DNA of 64,000 nt, from assembly GCF_009914755.1 (NCBI RefSeq), contig NC_060937.1. One strand, given 5' to 3'. This stretch comes from the human T2T-CHM13v2.0 reference genome, Homo sapiens. This document shows positions 33,113-51,000 of the stretch, in pieces; the stretch's first letter is position 1, and the number at the start of each line of letters is the position of its first letter. Under the pieces are notes generated by a model. The model was not told the DNA's origin, made no database searches, and saw nothing but the letters and a program-made list of their open reading frames with translations. The translations under genes were made by a program, and so were the position numbers.

Positions 33113-33420
33113 ATTTATTTATTTATTCATTTATTTTTTGAAATAGAGTCTTGTTCTGTCACCCAGGCTGGAGTGCAGTGACACAACCTCGGCTCACTGC
33201 AACCTCTGCATCCAAGGTTCAAGCAATTCTCCTGCCTCAGCCTCCTGAGTAGCTGGGATTACAGGTGCCTGCCACCACGCCCGGCTCATTTTTTGTATTT
33301 TTAGTAGAGACGGGGTTTCATCATGTTGGCCAGGCTGGTCTTGAACTCCTGACCTTGTGATCCACCCACATTGGCCTCCCAAAGTGCTGGGATTACAAGC
33401 TTGAGCCACCGCGCCTGGCC
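33113..33420 (-). mobile_element. AluS within degraded old L1-like AT-rich DNA
   Basis: Full dimer with (TTTA)n tail, ending cgcgcctggcc. Confidence 0.93.
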
Positions 33421-35119
33421 TTATTTATTTTTTTGTTAAAATTTCAAAGTAAATTTTGAAAGAATTTTATTTGGACAATTTGTTTTCTAAAACCTTGAAT
33501 ACCTAAGATTACTTTTTCTATTGCCCTAACCATGAACACAGTTTACCTTTGTTATTTAAAATAAGTATTGTCATTCAATATTTATTTTGAAAATAAAATA
33601 AATGACAAATCATTCAATATTTTGAATGACAATATTTTCTTTCTCTCTAAATGCTCCATTTTTGCTGTTTTAATTGTAAGAAATCTGATCCTTTGTAGGT
33701 GGTCTACATGTATTTCTCACTTGTATATTTAAATTCTTTCATGATGTGAATCTCTTAATTGATCTACCCACAGAGCATGGTAAGTTGTTTCTAACTTCAC
33801 ATTGAGACCTGGTTTTAGGTACAAAATGTATACTTCAATGGTTTCTTCAACGTCACATCTGGTACTGTTGCACTTGATTTTTCTTAGAGAAGACCCATAA
33901 CTCCTAGATTGGATAGTTCTACATCTATCATCATCTTCCAGTGATTTTCCCTTATTCATTTCCTATGCATTTTTGAAATACTTTTCAGTTTGTATTCCAA
34001 ATCATTGTTAGATCTCCCCTGGTAAGTGCTGATCTGCATTGTTTTCAATGGCAAATTTAATTTTACAAGTGTACTTTTATTTTCTTTGTTGTTATCTCTT
34101 TCTTACCTGCTCCCTTGTAATCTTAGTTGCCTCTCTGTCTCTGTATGGCATTTTTGTTATTGTTTAATTGGAGCTATATCTTTTACTGCAATCAGTAAAG
34201 ATAAAGACTTCTTTTAGTGTTTCTGCTAAAATAATTTTGAAGCATGTGTTCTGAATTCGACTTGTCGCTTTGCTGGTTCTGTAGCTCTATCTTATGCTCC
34301 AACTGATCAGACATATGTTGATCACTCTGTCCTCTTCTTGGAGATGTTCAGCACTTGTTGGTTAGTTAAAGACTCTGATATATCCTGCAGTAAGAAAAGT
34401 CTTTAACTCTGTCCAACCAATATTTCCTGAAATTAATTGATCCTGGAACTTTTCTCCCCATGAAACACCTTACAGAGCTACTGTTTCATGAAATCATATT
34501 TGATCGCAAATGGTTAAAAATATGTTGTCTTATAGTTAGTAAATATCTTGGGGAATTCTTTCACTGCTATGATTATACACTAATATTCATCTTCACCTTA
34601 AGGATAATTTATTTGATTTTCTATTTAATTGCAGTTTCTTTACAAATGAAAAGAAATTGTGATGCAGTTTCCCAGTGATTTTTTTTTTTTGCAATGTAAA
34701 AATGATTTGTAGATGTTAAGTCTATATCTCATAGTTCTTTAAATGAGGAGGAAAGGCATTTAATGAGTTTGTATAGACACATTTTCAGATACCCACACAG
34801 AGAAACTGCAGAAGAGAAGTGCAAACACATTTACACTGTCCTACTACCATAGATGATGTTGAAATTTTGCAAGGGATTACTAAAAGATGTCAAATGAGCT
34901 AACTATAGGATGTGAAGTCATGTTTTTGCCTACATTTGCTAATTGAAGAACTGTGTGTGAGAGAGGTTATTGTAAAGTGTCAATGACTCATTTTTTGTGT
35001 ATCATGAAAATTTTGCTCCATTATTTTATAGCTACATAGAATATGAAAAGATATTTACACAAAAGTATCTGAAAAATGAAAGTCAAGAGGGTCTCCACAG
35101 CTACAGCTAGTTGCCAAGG

Positions 35120-35429
35120 CAAGTTAATGAGTAAAGGAAACATTTTAAACAAATGGTACTAGAACAATAATATAAATGTTTGAAAAAGAATGAATGGACC
35201 TCTTCCACACAGTATATACAACCGAATGTAAAAGTCTAAACTAGAATCTAGAAGAAAATAGGAAACAATTTGTTTTGACCTTGGGTTGATGAAGATTTAT
35301 ATACGGTACACAAAAAAAAGCAAAAACTATAAAAATTGATTGAATTTCTTATAATTAAAACAATAAACTTGGCTTATCAAAACACACTCTTAGGAGAATG
35401 AAAAAGAAAGTCACACATGGATAAAATAT

Positions 35430-35464
<35 letters not shown>

Positions 35465-35975
35465 CTGACAATAAGCTATACCTAAAATATATAAACCACT
35501 TTTATTACTAAATAATACAAAGGTAAACAACCCAACTACATAGGAAAAGGACTTTATCAGATGTTACAAAAGAAGGTATATGCTTGGCTAGTAATCACTT
35601 GGAAAGGTGCTCAATATCATCATCAGGGAAATATAAATTAAAACCCCAATGAGTTATCCCTGCACAACCACTAGAATGGAGAAAATTAAAGAGCCTGAAA
35701 AGCACCAATATGTTGGTTAGGCTGTAAAGCCCAGAACTCTCATACATTGCTGTTGGGAGTATAAAATGGAACACCTGCTTTGGAGAAAGTGCACACCTAC
35801 TCTGTGACCTAGCAATGTCACATAGGTGTTAACCTAAGAGAAATGTCTGCAAACAATATGTATTGGTAAGTGAACCACCACTTACCAATTATTCCATTCA
35901 TAAAATGGAATATTACTCAATAATAAAGAGGAATAAATTACTGATAAAGACAACAATATGGATTTATTTATATAG
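35120..35975 (+). mobile_element. Degraded old L1M ORF2 3' fragment with an internal (CT)n(AT)n tract
   Basis: Motifs ctagaagaaaatagg, tgctcaatatcatcatcagggaaat, aaaccccaatgagtta and aatggaatattactca. Confidence 0.7.
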
Positions 35976-36221
35976 CTTGTATTTTATCTCCATTCATCAA
36001 AAATCTCTACTTAATTTGGGTGAAAGATACACATTTTCTTTCTTTACCTGAGTTTTTCTTGAAAGAGACTATCAGGTTTACAAGTTTAGAAGTAAGAATG
36101 TTAGTCTTCTAAAACATCACTTCAGTAGAGGAGAACTTTTGAGTCACAGACTAAGTCTAGCCTTCAGTTTAATTTCACCTGATGATATTGCTTTGATCAG
36201 ATAATGATTGTGAATGGCAAA

Positions 36222-36372
36222 GCAGAGGTTCTCAAACCTTAATGTGCATGGGGATCCGCTGGAGTTTCAGATTTAGCTGGACTGGAATGAAGCCTGAGAT
36301 TTCTCATTTCTCCCAAGTTCCCAGGTGATGCTGGCACTGCTGGTCCAGGATAGATGAGTGCTCTGGATAATG
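36222..36372. mobile_element. MER5A-like DNA transposon
   Basis: Motif gcagaggttctcaaac...agttcccaggtgatgctg...ctgctggtcca. Confidence 0.65.
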
Positions 36373-38244
36373 AACTTTCTGTTGGAATTGGAAGGGCTGA
36401 AAAGAATGTATTTTCACAATTTGTATTTCAAAGAGTACATGGATATCAGAGCGTGGTGAAGCCTGCCCTTTCAGGCATATCACAGTTGGGACCACCGTCT
36501 GAGTTCATTTTAAGCCATTTTAGGCACCTCCATAATGAATGTATCTACTTTTGCCCCAAATTGACCGTTTTCCTTTCTACTTGACCTGTTGACCTGAGGA
36601 GAAGCAATAGTGAAATGATGAACTAGATTAAGAAGGGTATGCATATTGTTTTGTATCTTCTAATTGACCTGGCGTTGACAATTTCAAAAAATGTATGAGT
36701 TCTTAAGCCATCTCGTTGATTTACTGAAATAGGTTGAATGCTGTGGTGGCTTCATGACTGTGCCCAGTTCTTCCATCCATGCATGTTGCCCTGTGACTTC
36801 TATTGCTGTGAAACTCATGTGAGTTGTCAGCCAAAAAAACCAAGTGGAATGTGAGTCTGACAGTTCTGAGCAGAAGCTTTGAGAGCCTCCCGTGGCTTCT
36901 CAGCCTTTTTGCTTTTTCCCTTCTGCAGTAAGAATGGCACGTCACAGATAGTGACTGATCTTTCGGCCAAAGTAAGAAAAATACGTGAAGAGTTGCAGCT
37001 GACATGTAACCTGAGCAAGAAATAAATAATTGTTGTATCTCAGTGAGACTTTGGGGTTATTATTGTGGCAAAATCTAGAAAAAATCCACAAATAGTCTAT
37101 ATCTCATACCTGGTGTCAGGTATTGGGATAGGCTGATTATGTATTTTATTTGTATTAGTCATCACAATAATGGTTACATAATTTTTCTCAAATCATAGGG
37201 GAGAAAATAAGGTTTACAGAGAGTTGACATCACTAATTCTGGGAAAAGATTTATTTCAAATGTACTGTGGTGTGATGATGCATAAAATTATGAAATATGA
37301 CTAAATAAGATTTTGTACAAATATAATGAGAAAAGTTATCAATAGTACTAGTTTAACCTTTTAATTATAATATTCTAATCAATGGGCAGAATTAATGCAA
37401 TTATAGACAATAGCAGAAACTCCTTTTCACTAGAATTGGCTTTCTCATTCAAATTCAATCGAATATATTTTTAAGAACTGAAAGCAAAATGTTCCAGTTA
37501 AAAATTTCTACTCTGCAAAACTTGGAGTACAATTTAATTAGCTTTCTTTGAGTAAATGAACTGAGATTTTGATCTTTGAAAGTGGAAGATGATAGACTCC
37601 AATGGGGAGATGACCTTAGCCTAGTTAAGAAATGTTTAGTCAAGTAAGTCAACATGATAATGTAACAGATCATTGGTATTTTGGTTGCTAATGAGGCAGA
37701 AAATGAAAGCTTCATAGGAGACATAATAAAGGCCTTGATATCCAAGTTTTGTGCTTAGGAGGCTGGTTTTAATGACGAGATTAAGTTTAGGGATATGCAA
37801 AGTAAGATACTTTTCCAGTGAGATGGGAAAGATTTCAATAAAGATGTTATATAAAGAAAGTTTTGAGAATCCATTGGGCTAGTCATTTGGGACTAGCTTT
37901 CTTAAACATTTCATTCATTTATTCCTTAATTACGTTTTTACAGTGGACCTACTCAGCTAAGAGTGCCAGGTGTGTGTCATATGCACTGAATAGGAAATTA
38001 TCCTGTTCTCACAGATGTCTTACATTTCAGTGGGGGATATAAACAAGAAACAAAGGAATTCCTTTTTAAAATCATAAGTGCAATGAAGAAAATGATAAAA
38101 GAAGAGTGTGGCTATTTGCAAGGGGCAGGGATAGTATTTGCAAGAGGAAGGGGTGAATGAAAAGGGAGCTGATAAGGAACCAATGTTTTATCTAAGACCC
38201 GAATGAACTAAAGAAGCATAGATATACTTTCAATATAAGCAAAA

Positions 38245-38273
38245 GGTGTGTGTGTGTGTGTGTGTGTGTGTGT
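38245..38273. repeat. (GT)n microsatellite
   Basis: About 14 GT units. Confidence 0.9.
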
Positions 38274-40602
38274 ATTTCTAGTTTTATAGGCAATTATGCT
38301 CAATTTCAATTCAAATTTCCTTTTTTTTTTAGCTTTATGTGCATATCTTAACTGTAGCAGCTATGCTGGGAACATGTTAAATTGTATATTATATAGTCAA
38401 AAGAAAATGAGAATGTACAATTATCTGGGAAGGTTTCGTATCATTCATACAGACTTTTAGAAAAAAAAATTGGTTCCCTAAATTATCTGTGTTGCCTCAG
38501 CAAATAAGAGTCTCTCAAGCTTTTGTGGCACAAAATATCCTATGGAGCAAAAGATTTAGTCACTGAGTTATTTCCACCCCTGGCCTACCTTCAAAAAAGA
38601 ATGTCATACCGAAGGAAATAAAACACATGTTAAATATCTGCATAATAAACGAAATAAAAGAACCGAAAATAACATCTATTTCAATAGAATGAATAAGAAT
38701 ATAATCTCTTTGAAATAAACTCCAATTTAGTCATAAACAAATAACTCATGCTAGTCATAGATATTATTACATGCCATGTAGTTGTGTGAGGTTTAAAAAA
38801 TCAGTCTCAAAGCTTATTAAAGGAAGTACAATTGTATTATTTGCTCGTAGAGTCAAGAAATATATGAAATGTGGCCATATTTCAATGAGTGCTATTGTTC
38901 AAATACTTGCTGATTCCCATGGTAAAGACAGAAGATACATTCTTAATCTGTATGCACTCAGGTACTATAGATTAAATGTGCAGCTCTTTGTGTATTAGAA
39001 TTCACTCCAGTAACTAATGTAGACCCAAACCATATAGGAGGTAGTAATTATATATGCATAAAGAAGGGCAGATTAAGTCATTTCAAACACTTTAAAGAAT
39101 ATCTGGGCTAATTTTCTACTCTCATATGGAACTGAATAAAATCCAGATCAAAATTGCATCCACCATTTATATTTACCATAACTTAATTGTGGCATAATTC
39201 AATCAGTATCTAAAGAAAACTGAGAGGAAACAATTACTGTTTACCTAACCAAGTTATGTCTGTTTTAAATGACTTAATTTCCAATTAACTATTAAAAATT
39301 AAAGAACATAAAAATTATACAAATTAATTATTTACTCAGTGATGAGAACTTTTTTATCCCAACAGGCTGAGACCATATTTAATACTTTTCCTTGTATTTT
39401 ATTCTTCCATGCAATACACTTTTGAGTTTTCAGAATATGTTCCTCTTTTCAGTTTGTCCCTATATGTTGGTCAACAGATTCCTAATGGCAATTCAGAATA
39501 GAAGAGTGTTTAACTCTAGAAATTTGATTTTGGGTACCAACAGCCTACTGCAGACACTTTCAGGAAGAAAAACTACTTTCTAATTGGCCAGTGTCAAGGA
39601 TCCAAGAGTCACCTATTCCTTTAATACTCAAACATATATCCACTTAGTGGGAAAGTTACCTTAATTTATCATTTAATCATAATCATTTTCAATCTGAACA
39701 AATCAGAAACTTATGACATGTTTAATCAAGGGCTAACAGGAGGAACTGGCACTCTGGATCAATATAAAATCTCCATATTTGTTTAGAAGCCTATTCAAAC
39801 ATGTATAGACTATAGGCTTGTTAATATGTTACTTATATTTCTTCAGTATTTTTTAATGAACAGAACTATTGAAAAATTAATTGGAACCTTCTTATTGACT
39901 TTCGTTGGAGACACCAAGTTCTACTCCTAGGTTAGCAGAGGATTAATAGCATTGAACTACTTAAAAATAGCTGCATCTTGTGCTTTGCAGAAGTGGGAAG
40001 GAGAAGCTAAAGAAAATAATTATTCCTCACACTGTGTAATACACTGGTCCTGGTGATTTTCAATATTGAAATACGTTCTATCATCTCTAAAGTTTCTAAT
40101 ACTGATCCTGCTGTATCTTATTCTGAATATATTATTTCATATTATTTATTTGGATGCCAAAGACTCAGTCTACTGCTTTGATAAATTTTGTTCTAGCTCA
40201 TCACATCAAATTTTTTGTGAAGGAATTTAATTAAATTAATTTTACATGTTATATCAAAATATCACATCCACTTAATTCTGAAAGCAACTCTTTACTGGGG
40301 CTGAAGTTTAAAATTGACTACATCTAGAAAATTCTATGGGTATTCATTAGACTATTTTTATAGTTATAAAGTGTTCATGTGCGTATCACCAAAAATAACA
40401 AAATGGGAAGATGCATCAAAGTTATGTAGAACAAGTTTGCTAATGTTCCATATGTGTAGGCACTTTCAATGACTTGGAGGTGATGATATTTTCAAATAAA
40501 ATAATTTAAAAGCATACCTCAATTCAATGTTTGTTATATACCCAAAGAAATTTGTGTATGTATGTAACCATACTTGAAATGTCAAGTATGGTTTGAAGTT
40601 AA

Positions 40603-40940
<338 letters not shown>

Positions 40941-41751
40941 ATGGAACAATAATTTTAAGAACATTAATTGTTGACATCTTGGCTGCCATCACACCAACAG
41001 AAATACTACCATCACTCTAAGCCAACTCTCTCTTTTACCTTTGGTTTACATGGGCATACCATATCTGGCTACAGAGAAATTCTCCAGGAGTCTGCAGTAC
41101 ACTTTCACATTGTCCAGCAATGCTAACATTCAATCTTAGAGGTCATTTAGCAGCTCATGACTGAGTTGATTTTGTGCAGTAAGGCATAGATCTATAATGA
41201 AAAACAAATCTTCATTTACTTCTGTTGCCCCATTTAATGATTATGAAGAGTAAACTCTTATAAAGTAAAGTAATACTCTACTTGAAAGGAATATTCCTGT
41301 TACACTATAAAATATATTACCAGATATTAATTTGATGGTAGAACAAAGGAAGGATCTGTTATAAAATATATCAAGTAAGGTTTTACATGTCATTATACAC
41401 AATTGCAGAGTTTTTTGAGAGGCTCTAATGAAAGGGTACTTCTCATGCTTTGGAAGCTCAAGTCTTCCTCCTCAAAGAGAGTCAATGACATTATTTTACA
41501 GAGGATTTTGTAGAAATGAAAGGTAATTAATGCCATATAAAAGCAAAAACATTACATCTGTAATTGCTACATAGCATGTGCATGACAAGTTGCTGGTGCC
41601 CATAAGGGACAGCACTTGAAGGTCAAAGGAAAGAGCATACCCTTCCACCTCTCAGTTTGATTTGAGTATTAAATGAGCTAGCACACAGCTTGGCACATGT
41701 TAGGCTTTCAGTATTTACCTTCTTTCTTAAAAAATAAAAAAAAAAACTATT

Positions 41752-42112
41752 TGTATTAGCCCGTTTTCATGCTGCTGATAAGGATATACCTGCAACTGGG
41801 CAATGTACAAAAGAAAGAGGTTTAATGGAGTCACAGTTCCACATGGCTGGAGAGGCCTCACAATCATGGTGGAAGGTGAAAGGCACATCTCACATGGCGG
41901 GAGACAAGAGAGAATGAGAATCAAGCGAAAGGGATTTCCCTTTATAAAACCATCAGATCTCATAAGATTTATTCACTACCATGAGAGCAATATGGGGGAA
42001 ACCACCCCCATGATTCAATTATCTCCCACTGGGTCCCTCCCACAACACATGGGAATTATGGGAGCTACAATTCAAGATGAGATTTGGGTGGGAACACAGC
42101 CAAACCATATCA
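41752..42112 (-). mobile_element. THE1 (THE1B-like) MaLR solo LTR
   Basis: tgtattagcccgttttcatgctgctgataa...acacagccaaaccatatca. Perfect 5-bp TSD ctatt at 41747-41751 and 42113-42117. Confidence 0.93.
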
Positions 42113-43889
42113 CTATTATTCAGAGTAATTATGATCAAATGCAACAGTGAGATTGAAAATATTATTTAATATTGCATTTTGAGTACAAATAAATTTTGGC
42201 TTTTAATCGTGAACAGTCATAATGTTGAATGTTTTACTTAACTGTATTTATTATTAATTTTTTGAAATGGTAAAAAGTAACAACTAACAAACTAAGAAAA
42301 AAGAGAAAGGAAATGAACAGTGTTATAGGCAAGTAGATGCTGTGGCTTACAAGCATATGGTTTTCTCTCAGAAACGCCCCAGCCCTGTCTCCTATCTCAT
42401 CTCTAGGAGCCCACATCTACACATCAACCTTTCCTACCTGAAGTCAAGACCTAAAATAGCTGTTTACATTTGGAAGATAGTATTCAGAGTATTCGCTTTA
42501 AATATCTTATCTAGAAATTACAAAAAAATTCAGACTTCTCATAGATTTTCTATACCATATTTTCTACTCGTGGCCAATATTTCCCTGAGACAAAGTTTTC
42601 TTTTGTTCTGAAATTCATGGGATAAAATAATTGCTTGAATAATCAATTTTTGGAAAGACTGATAATGTTGCTCAAGAATTGAAGATACACATATCTAATC
42701 ATCATTTGGAATTGGGTGAGTCATCTCCAAGTTATTTCATATGAAATAAAATCAAATCCATTATTTAAATTACAGCTCACAGATATTTCTGAAATTACAA
42801 TTCCTTCAAATATATATAAGAAGAAGTTAAATATTTACTTTTAAGATTTATTCTAAAACAAAATAGTTTACTACATTGAATAGACTCAGATTTCAATTTG
42901 GGTCTTTAGGTATAAGTAGGACCTGTCTTCCTTACTTTTAATTTATTTTAGCATGGCTTTATTATTCTGCATTACACACCGTCTTGTGTGTTTCCAATTA
43001 CAAACCATGTTTCATTGGGTTCTCTCAGCATTTTAGTTTTGTTTTTGAAATATTTGGTGGTTGCTTCTCCTCTAAAATGCTTTAATGCAATTTCGGTTAA
43101 ACTTCAGATCATCCAATTATCAGAATAGCACTATATAGACAACACATGAAGAAGTGAGTCATTCACCCATTTCCTGTCTTTTGTTTCTTTACTGATTGAA
43201 GGGTTCAATAAATTCCTTCAGCTCATAATGACCATGAAAGTTAAATACTATTTTTATCCATTCAGCTGGGTTTTAAATACAGCATGTGGACCCATCATTC
43301 TGTCATGGGCAGAAGCTCTGGAAATTCTTGACAACTTATAATCTTCCCTGCCCATATTCACAAGTGAAAATGATTATACTTACAAGAAAGAACTTTACAC
43401 ACTAATTTTTGAATCAACTTTCAGAAAGACAAGAAGTCCATGAAACTCAGTGTACTCTATTGCTTTTGAGAAAAAAATTATCTGAGTATAAAGCATTCAG
43501 GATTTAAGGGTTCAACTTATTACTTGTTTATCACAAGTTAAAGTTCTTGTTTATCACAAGTGGAATAAAATCAATTATTCATGATAACACTTTGGCTTAC
43601 TCAATGTAAATTTTCTTGGATTAAAGTTAAATTTTAAAATAAGGCAGTCTGTTTGACAGAAAATGAAACTTTTACTTTAGGAGAAGAATACAATGTCCCA
43701 GACCACTCAATTTAGATTACACCAGGCACTCTCTTGATTTATCCCATACCCTTGTATATTCTACCTGGGTACATTTTTTACTACCTGAAATCTCACCGTA
43801 TATTTTTTTACTTCTAGAAGTCTATTTTACCTTTTAGGATAAAATTACAGAAGAACGCACACTTTTCTTATTTAGCTTTGTGGTCTTTA

Positions 43890-44172
43890 AATTTTTTTAA
43901 TTTGCATTTATTTTATTTTAAAACCTTCAACTTCCATTTTGGATTCAGGGGGTACATGTGCAGGTTTGTTACGTGGGTACACTGTGTGATGTCAAGGTTT
44001 GGGGTAGGAATTATCCCATCACCCAGGCAAAGAGCATGGTACCTAATAGGTAGTTTTTCAGCTTTTGTCCCCCTCCCTCTCTCCCTTTCTAGTAGTCCCC
44101 ACTGTCTATTGTTCCCATTTTTATGCCCATGAGTACCCGATGTTTAGCTCCCACTTATAAATGAAAACCTGA
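43890..44172 (-). mobile_element. Older primate L1PA 3' end (L1PA15/16-like)
   Basis: Motif ggattcagggggtacatgtgcaggtttgttac...tttagctcccacttataa. Confidence 0.8.
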
Positions 44173-44819
44173 GAGCAGTACATTAGCATGTCAAGTACTC
44201 CAGTGTCCTAATAAATAGCTGATGACTAACGTTGAAGGAATGAAAAATATCCATCATTACTTATTTAGTATTAGTGTACATTTTACTACCATGGCACTTA
44301 TGACTAAAGGTTTTGAAATCTGCACTGCAGAACTTCATGGGTCTTTTTTTATGCCTATGTTCTGAGTGTAATTATTCCTTAGTTGTTTCATGTGTATATA
44401 TGAGTTATTTTTCTCAATTAGGATGCAAACATGCTGATGGCAGGAACTTACAATAGCTTCATCTTTTGAGTTCTATCATGGCTGACATAGATTAGCAGCA
44501 GAGTGTCAATGTGTGCAGTGAGGGAATGATGAGTCAATGTCTGAGTGCAACAGTAGGTGTCAAGTAATGGTTGTTAAATAAATGCATTACTTTAATAATC
44601 TGCCAGTCAGTTTATGAATAAGGTGAAGAAATAAACATATATTTCTTTTTATTTTTTTGCATATTTTAAATTATTTCCTCTTGGTCTATATAGAAAAGGA
44701 GTTAAAATGTGTGCTTTCTAAAGTCTCTCTGATTTTTTGATTGTCTATTTATGTCATTGTGGTTTTTATTCTCAATTTTGGGGTGTACTCCTTCATAACT
44801 TGTGTTTATGTGTCTTTCT

Positions 44820-47540
<2,721 letters not shown>

Positions 47541-47907
47541 TTAGTATGTTGGAATAAAGTCCACTGTGATCACAGAACACAGTTTGTGGAAAATAAAGTC
47601 TAGGACTTCATTTTCTCATATGTAATCTTTAGTCACCAGTGAGAATGAGCTGCTTTCATTCCCTCAAATTTCTAATACAGGGTACAGGGGAGCAATTTGA
47701 GAACCAGCTGGATCCACTGTAGGGGCTGGGAGAGTAGCTTGATCTCTTCACTTCTCTATCCCCTCACCTGAGTTCTTATAAATAAGTCTTAGAAATAAGT
47801 TCTTATAAATAAGTGACTTATTTATAAGTTTTGTGTTCAGCAGTTCTGGTTTTGCAATGAGAAGTGCTACAACTTCTCAATGAATACCAAGCTCTTTCTC
47901 TTCTTTC

Positions 47908-48035
47908 TGGGGTTGTAAACTGGCGGTCCTCCAGAGTGGCCCACACAACGTTAGCTCCATTTCAAACTTAGAGCCAACATCCAGATTTCTGGAAACTCTT
48001 TGAAAAGTGGAAGATCCGGCAACTTTGGCCCAGAT
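47908..48035. mobile_element. Possible MER102-like hAT fragment
   Basis: Motif ggggttgtaaactggcgg...ccagatttctgg...tttgaaaagtggaagatccggcaac. Confidence 0.45.
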
Positions 48036-51000
48036 CCCTGGCTGGCCGTGTCACCTCGGGGCATAGTAGCTGCTGTCTTTGAAGGATGCATGCTTGGCCC
48101 TCCCTGTTGCTCCCTTACCTGAACCTTAGTGGAAGCTTCCAGTTACCCTCATACTTGTCGAGTACAGTCTAATGGAGAATAAAACACTGACTCTGCACCT
48201 TCAATAAAAACTACTTTGGTCACTAGATATGTGAGTTTGTTCTTTCTCCACCAGAATATAAAACAGTGGAGTTTTATGTATAAAGTAGAGGGAGATGGTC
48301 AGGCTCAATTTTATCCTTTTCATTGCATTTGGAATCTGAGTGATATTCATGGAAAGGACAACAAGGAGTTCAAATATTAGAAGTGGTGTCTAATGTCCAC
48401 TTCAGATAATGGTGAGATCAAATGATTGCGATGCCTATGGACACTGATGTCGCCTTGGAGATATTAAGTAGGATATCCTCAGATTTATAACTACTCTATA
48501 CTCACAGTGAGATTACAGCAGGAAAATGAAGTTCATCAAATTTTCATTGAAAAAAGTAAACAAAAGCTGCCAAATAAAGATTTAAATTCCTCTTTAGGGA
48601 TTCAGCAAATACTTGAAAAGCAAAGTCATCCTTATATTTACATTTATATTTTGTTCAAAATGCGCTGTAACCATTTTGAACAAAATGTAACTACGCCTCT
48701 GAATTTGTCTAAGAAAAATCCAGTAACTCTTTTTTAGATGAGTAATATTTACTCATTTATGTGAATAAGCAATTGACAAATAAAGGAATAAATTAGATAT
48801 TGTGGAGTACCTAATGAAAATATTAGAATGTATAAGGCATGGATTTCTAATTCATGTAATACCTTAAGAACTAGATTCTTGGAGAGAAAATATTGTCAGT
48901 TTCAGATAAAAGGATTTTAGATAGAAGATGAATGTCATCAAAATAAGCAGCAATGGAAAATAGAGACCAGATAAGTAAATTGGAGAATTGCATTACTCAG
49001 GAATAATTTTTGACTCAATAACAGACACACCCCCTCCCAATCAAATGGCAGTTTAAACAAATTTTGAGGGAGGTCTTATTTTGAGGAAGTGTAAAGGTAG
49101 GCAGGTTAGGGCTGGTGTGACCACTGTGTAACATGACCAAGTCTCTCATCAGAGACCAAGGCTTGCTTTGGCTTGTGGTCTGTAAGATGGAACCACACTT
49201 GCACTCATGCTCTAAGATATCTGCAGGGACCCTAGAGTCATCCCTGCGTCTCAGGAAGGAAGAAAGTAAAATGCCAAGGGAAAACAAAACGACATTGCTT
49301 GTTCTTTAAGTAAAGAACTTGACACCTTTAAAGCCACCTTTTCAGGAGCCCACTCAGTGGCTTCTGTTTCTTTTTCATACAATTATATTTCATTGACTTT
49401 GATTGCATTCGACAGGATATAGCTATGCCTATCTGTGAATGAGCCTGGGAATAGAGCTTCGTATTTGGGCACATTATAAACCTGAAAAAAAAAAATTTGT
49501 CTCTAAGAAACAAGGGGGTCATTATATTGTATAGGCAACTAGCATTCTCATTGCTTTTTCTCTCATTCGGGGAAATTAAGTATAATCAATACCTTGAGGC
49601 ATAGTTTGCAGGTTCTATGCAAAAGCCTTCTCTGGGGTGAGCCAGGTAAGCAGCCAGGGAGTGAGACAGGGAATCTGAATACGGGCTCTAAGAAGTGAAG
49701 ATGAAAAGCTCAGGGATGGGCATAGCATGAGGTTCATGCCCCGCAACTGCCTCACGCAGGAGGGACACGTGGGTAAGGAGACTGAGTTTAGGTAAGTGTG
49801 TTTTATAAATTCTCATTTCTCATATTTTGTGTTCTGGGATAATTTATTTTTTGTTTTTTGGAAATTAAGTGGGGAAAAATCCTAGTATTTAGCTTTTGAT
49901 ATTTGAATTTTTTGTTTTCTCCAACTGAACTTCTCTTGCATCTGACTTCAGAAACAGTCTCCAGTTTTGCTGGAGGAGCAATATAATGCTGTTCTCTGCC
50001 TAATGAAAGCAGTTAATAATGATTAATGCCAAAGAGTGAGTGCTCAGAGGGAGGAACAGAGCTGCTGGACAGTATCCACCTTTGATTGATGTGTTTCCAT
50101 TGGCTTTTACCCTTCATTGTTTCTTTGCATCTGCAATGGCGTGAACTGCAAGCACCATTTTGAGGACAGTATGCTTCTTGTTGTAGTCTCTCACATATTT
50201 CACCACTCCACTGAGTTTCCCTAAGAATAAAACTCTTTTACAGTAATGGGTGTTTCCTTTTGAGAGCCACCAGGTGTAATTATTTTACCTTGTTGTATTT
50301 CAGTTAAAAAAAAAATCATTCTTAATGTGAAAAAGCCTAAAAAATATATGAAGATTGCAAATTACATAAACGAATGGTCAAAGAACCTTAAGAAATAACT
50401 TACCCAAAGGTTAAAAAAAAGTAATTAAAATGTATATATAAAAGTTCCATTAATTTGGAAATATGAAACTTTTTTACTTATAAATTGGAAGGATGTTTTT
50501 AGTGACATTCAGGGTTGATAAGAATTCACCGTGGAGTAACTGGCCAGTGTGAATAAAGAGCCTTAAACATCTATACCCCTTTCCCAAGTAGTTTTATTTT
50601 ACAGAGTCTACCTCAGTAAATGCTACAAAATGCAAAGGTTTATATATATGTATTAATACAATCTTTGAAATTTAATTTCTAATATTGGAAAAAAGAAAGC
50701 AACCTAAAAATCTAATAAGAGAATTAAATGGTTAAATAGAATGCTGAACCACACTAAAACAAAACAAAACAAAAAGGAAAAAACTTTTCAAAGGACATTG
50801 AAAGACATGAGATGTTACTGATGTCATATGTAAAATAAGTAAGATTCAAAGATGCAAGAGAGGTTCAGTTGGAGAAAGAAATTCAAATATCAAAAGCTCA
50901 ATCCTGGAGTTTTATAACATATATTGTATATAATCCGTTAACAAGAAATAATAGAAATTAAATGGGCCAAAAATCTAAAAGTAATAGACCCTGAGTGGTA

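Noticed and set aside
43523-43561. 16-bp direct repeat cttgtttatcacaagt
   Set aside because: Small local duplication with no supporting context.
49640-49800. Consensus-like donors (caggtaag, taggtaagt) suggesting a cryptic exon
   Set aside because: No convincing paired acceptor or ITGBL1-like coding frame was found.
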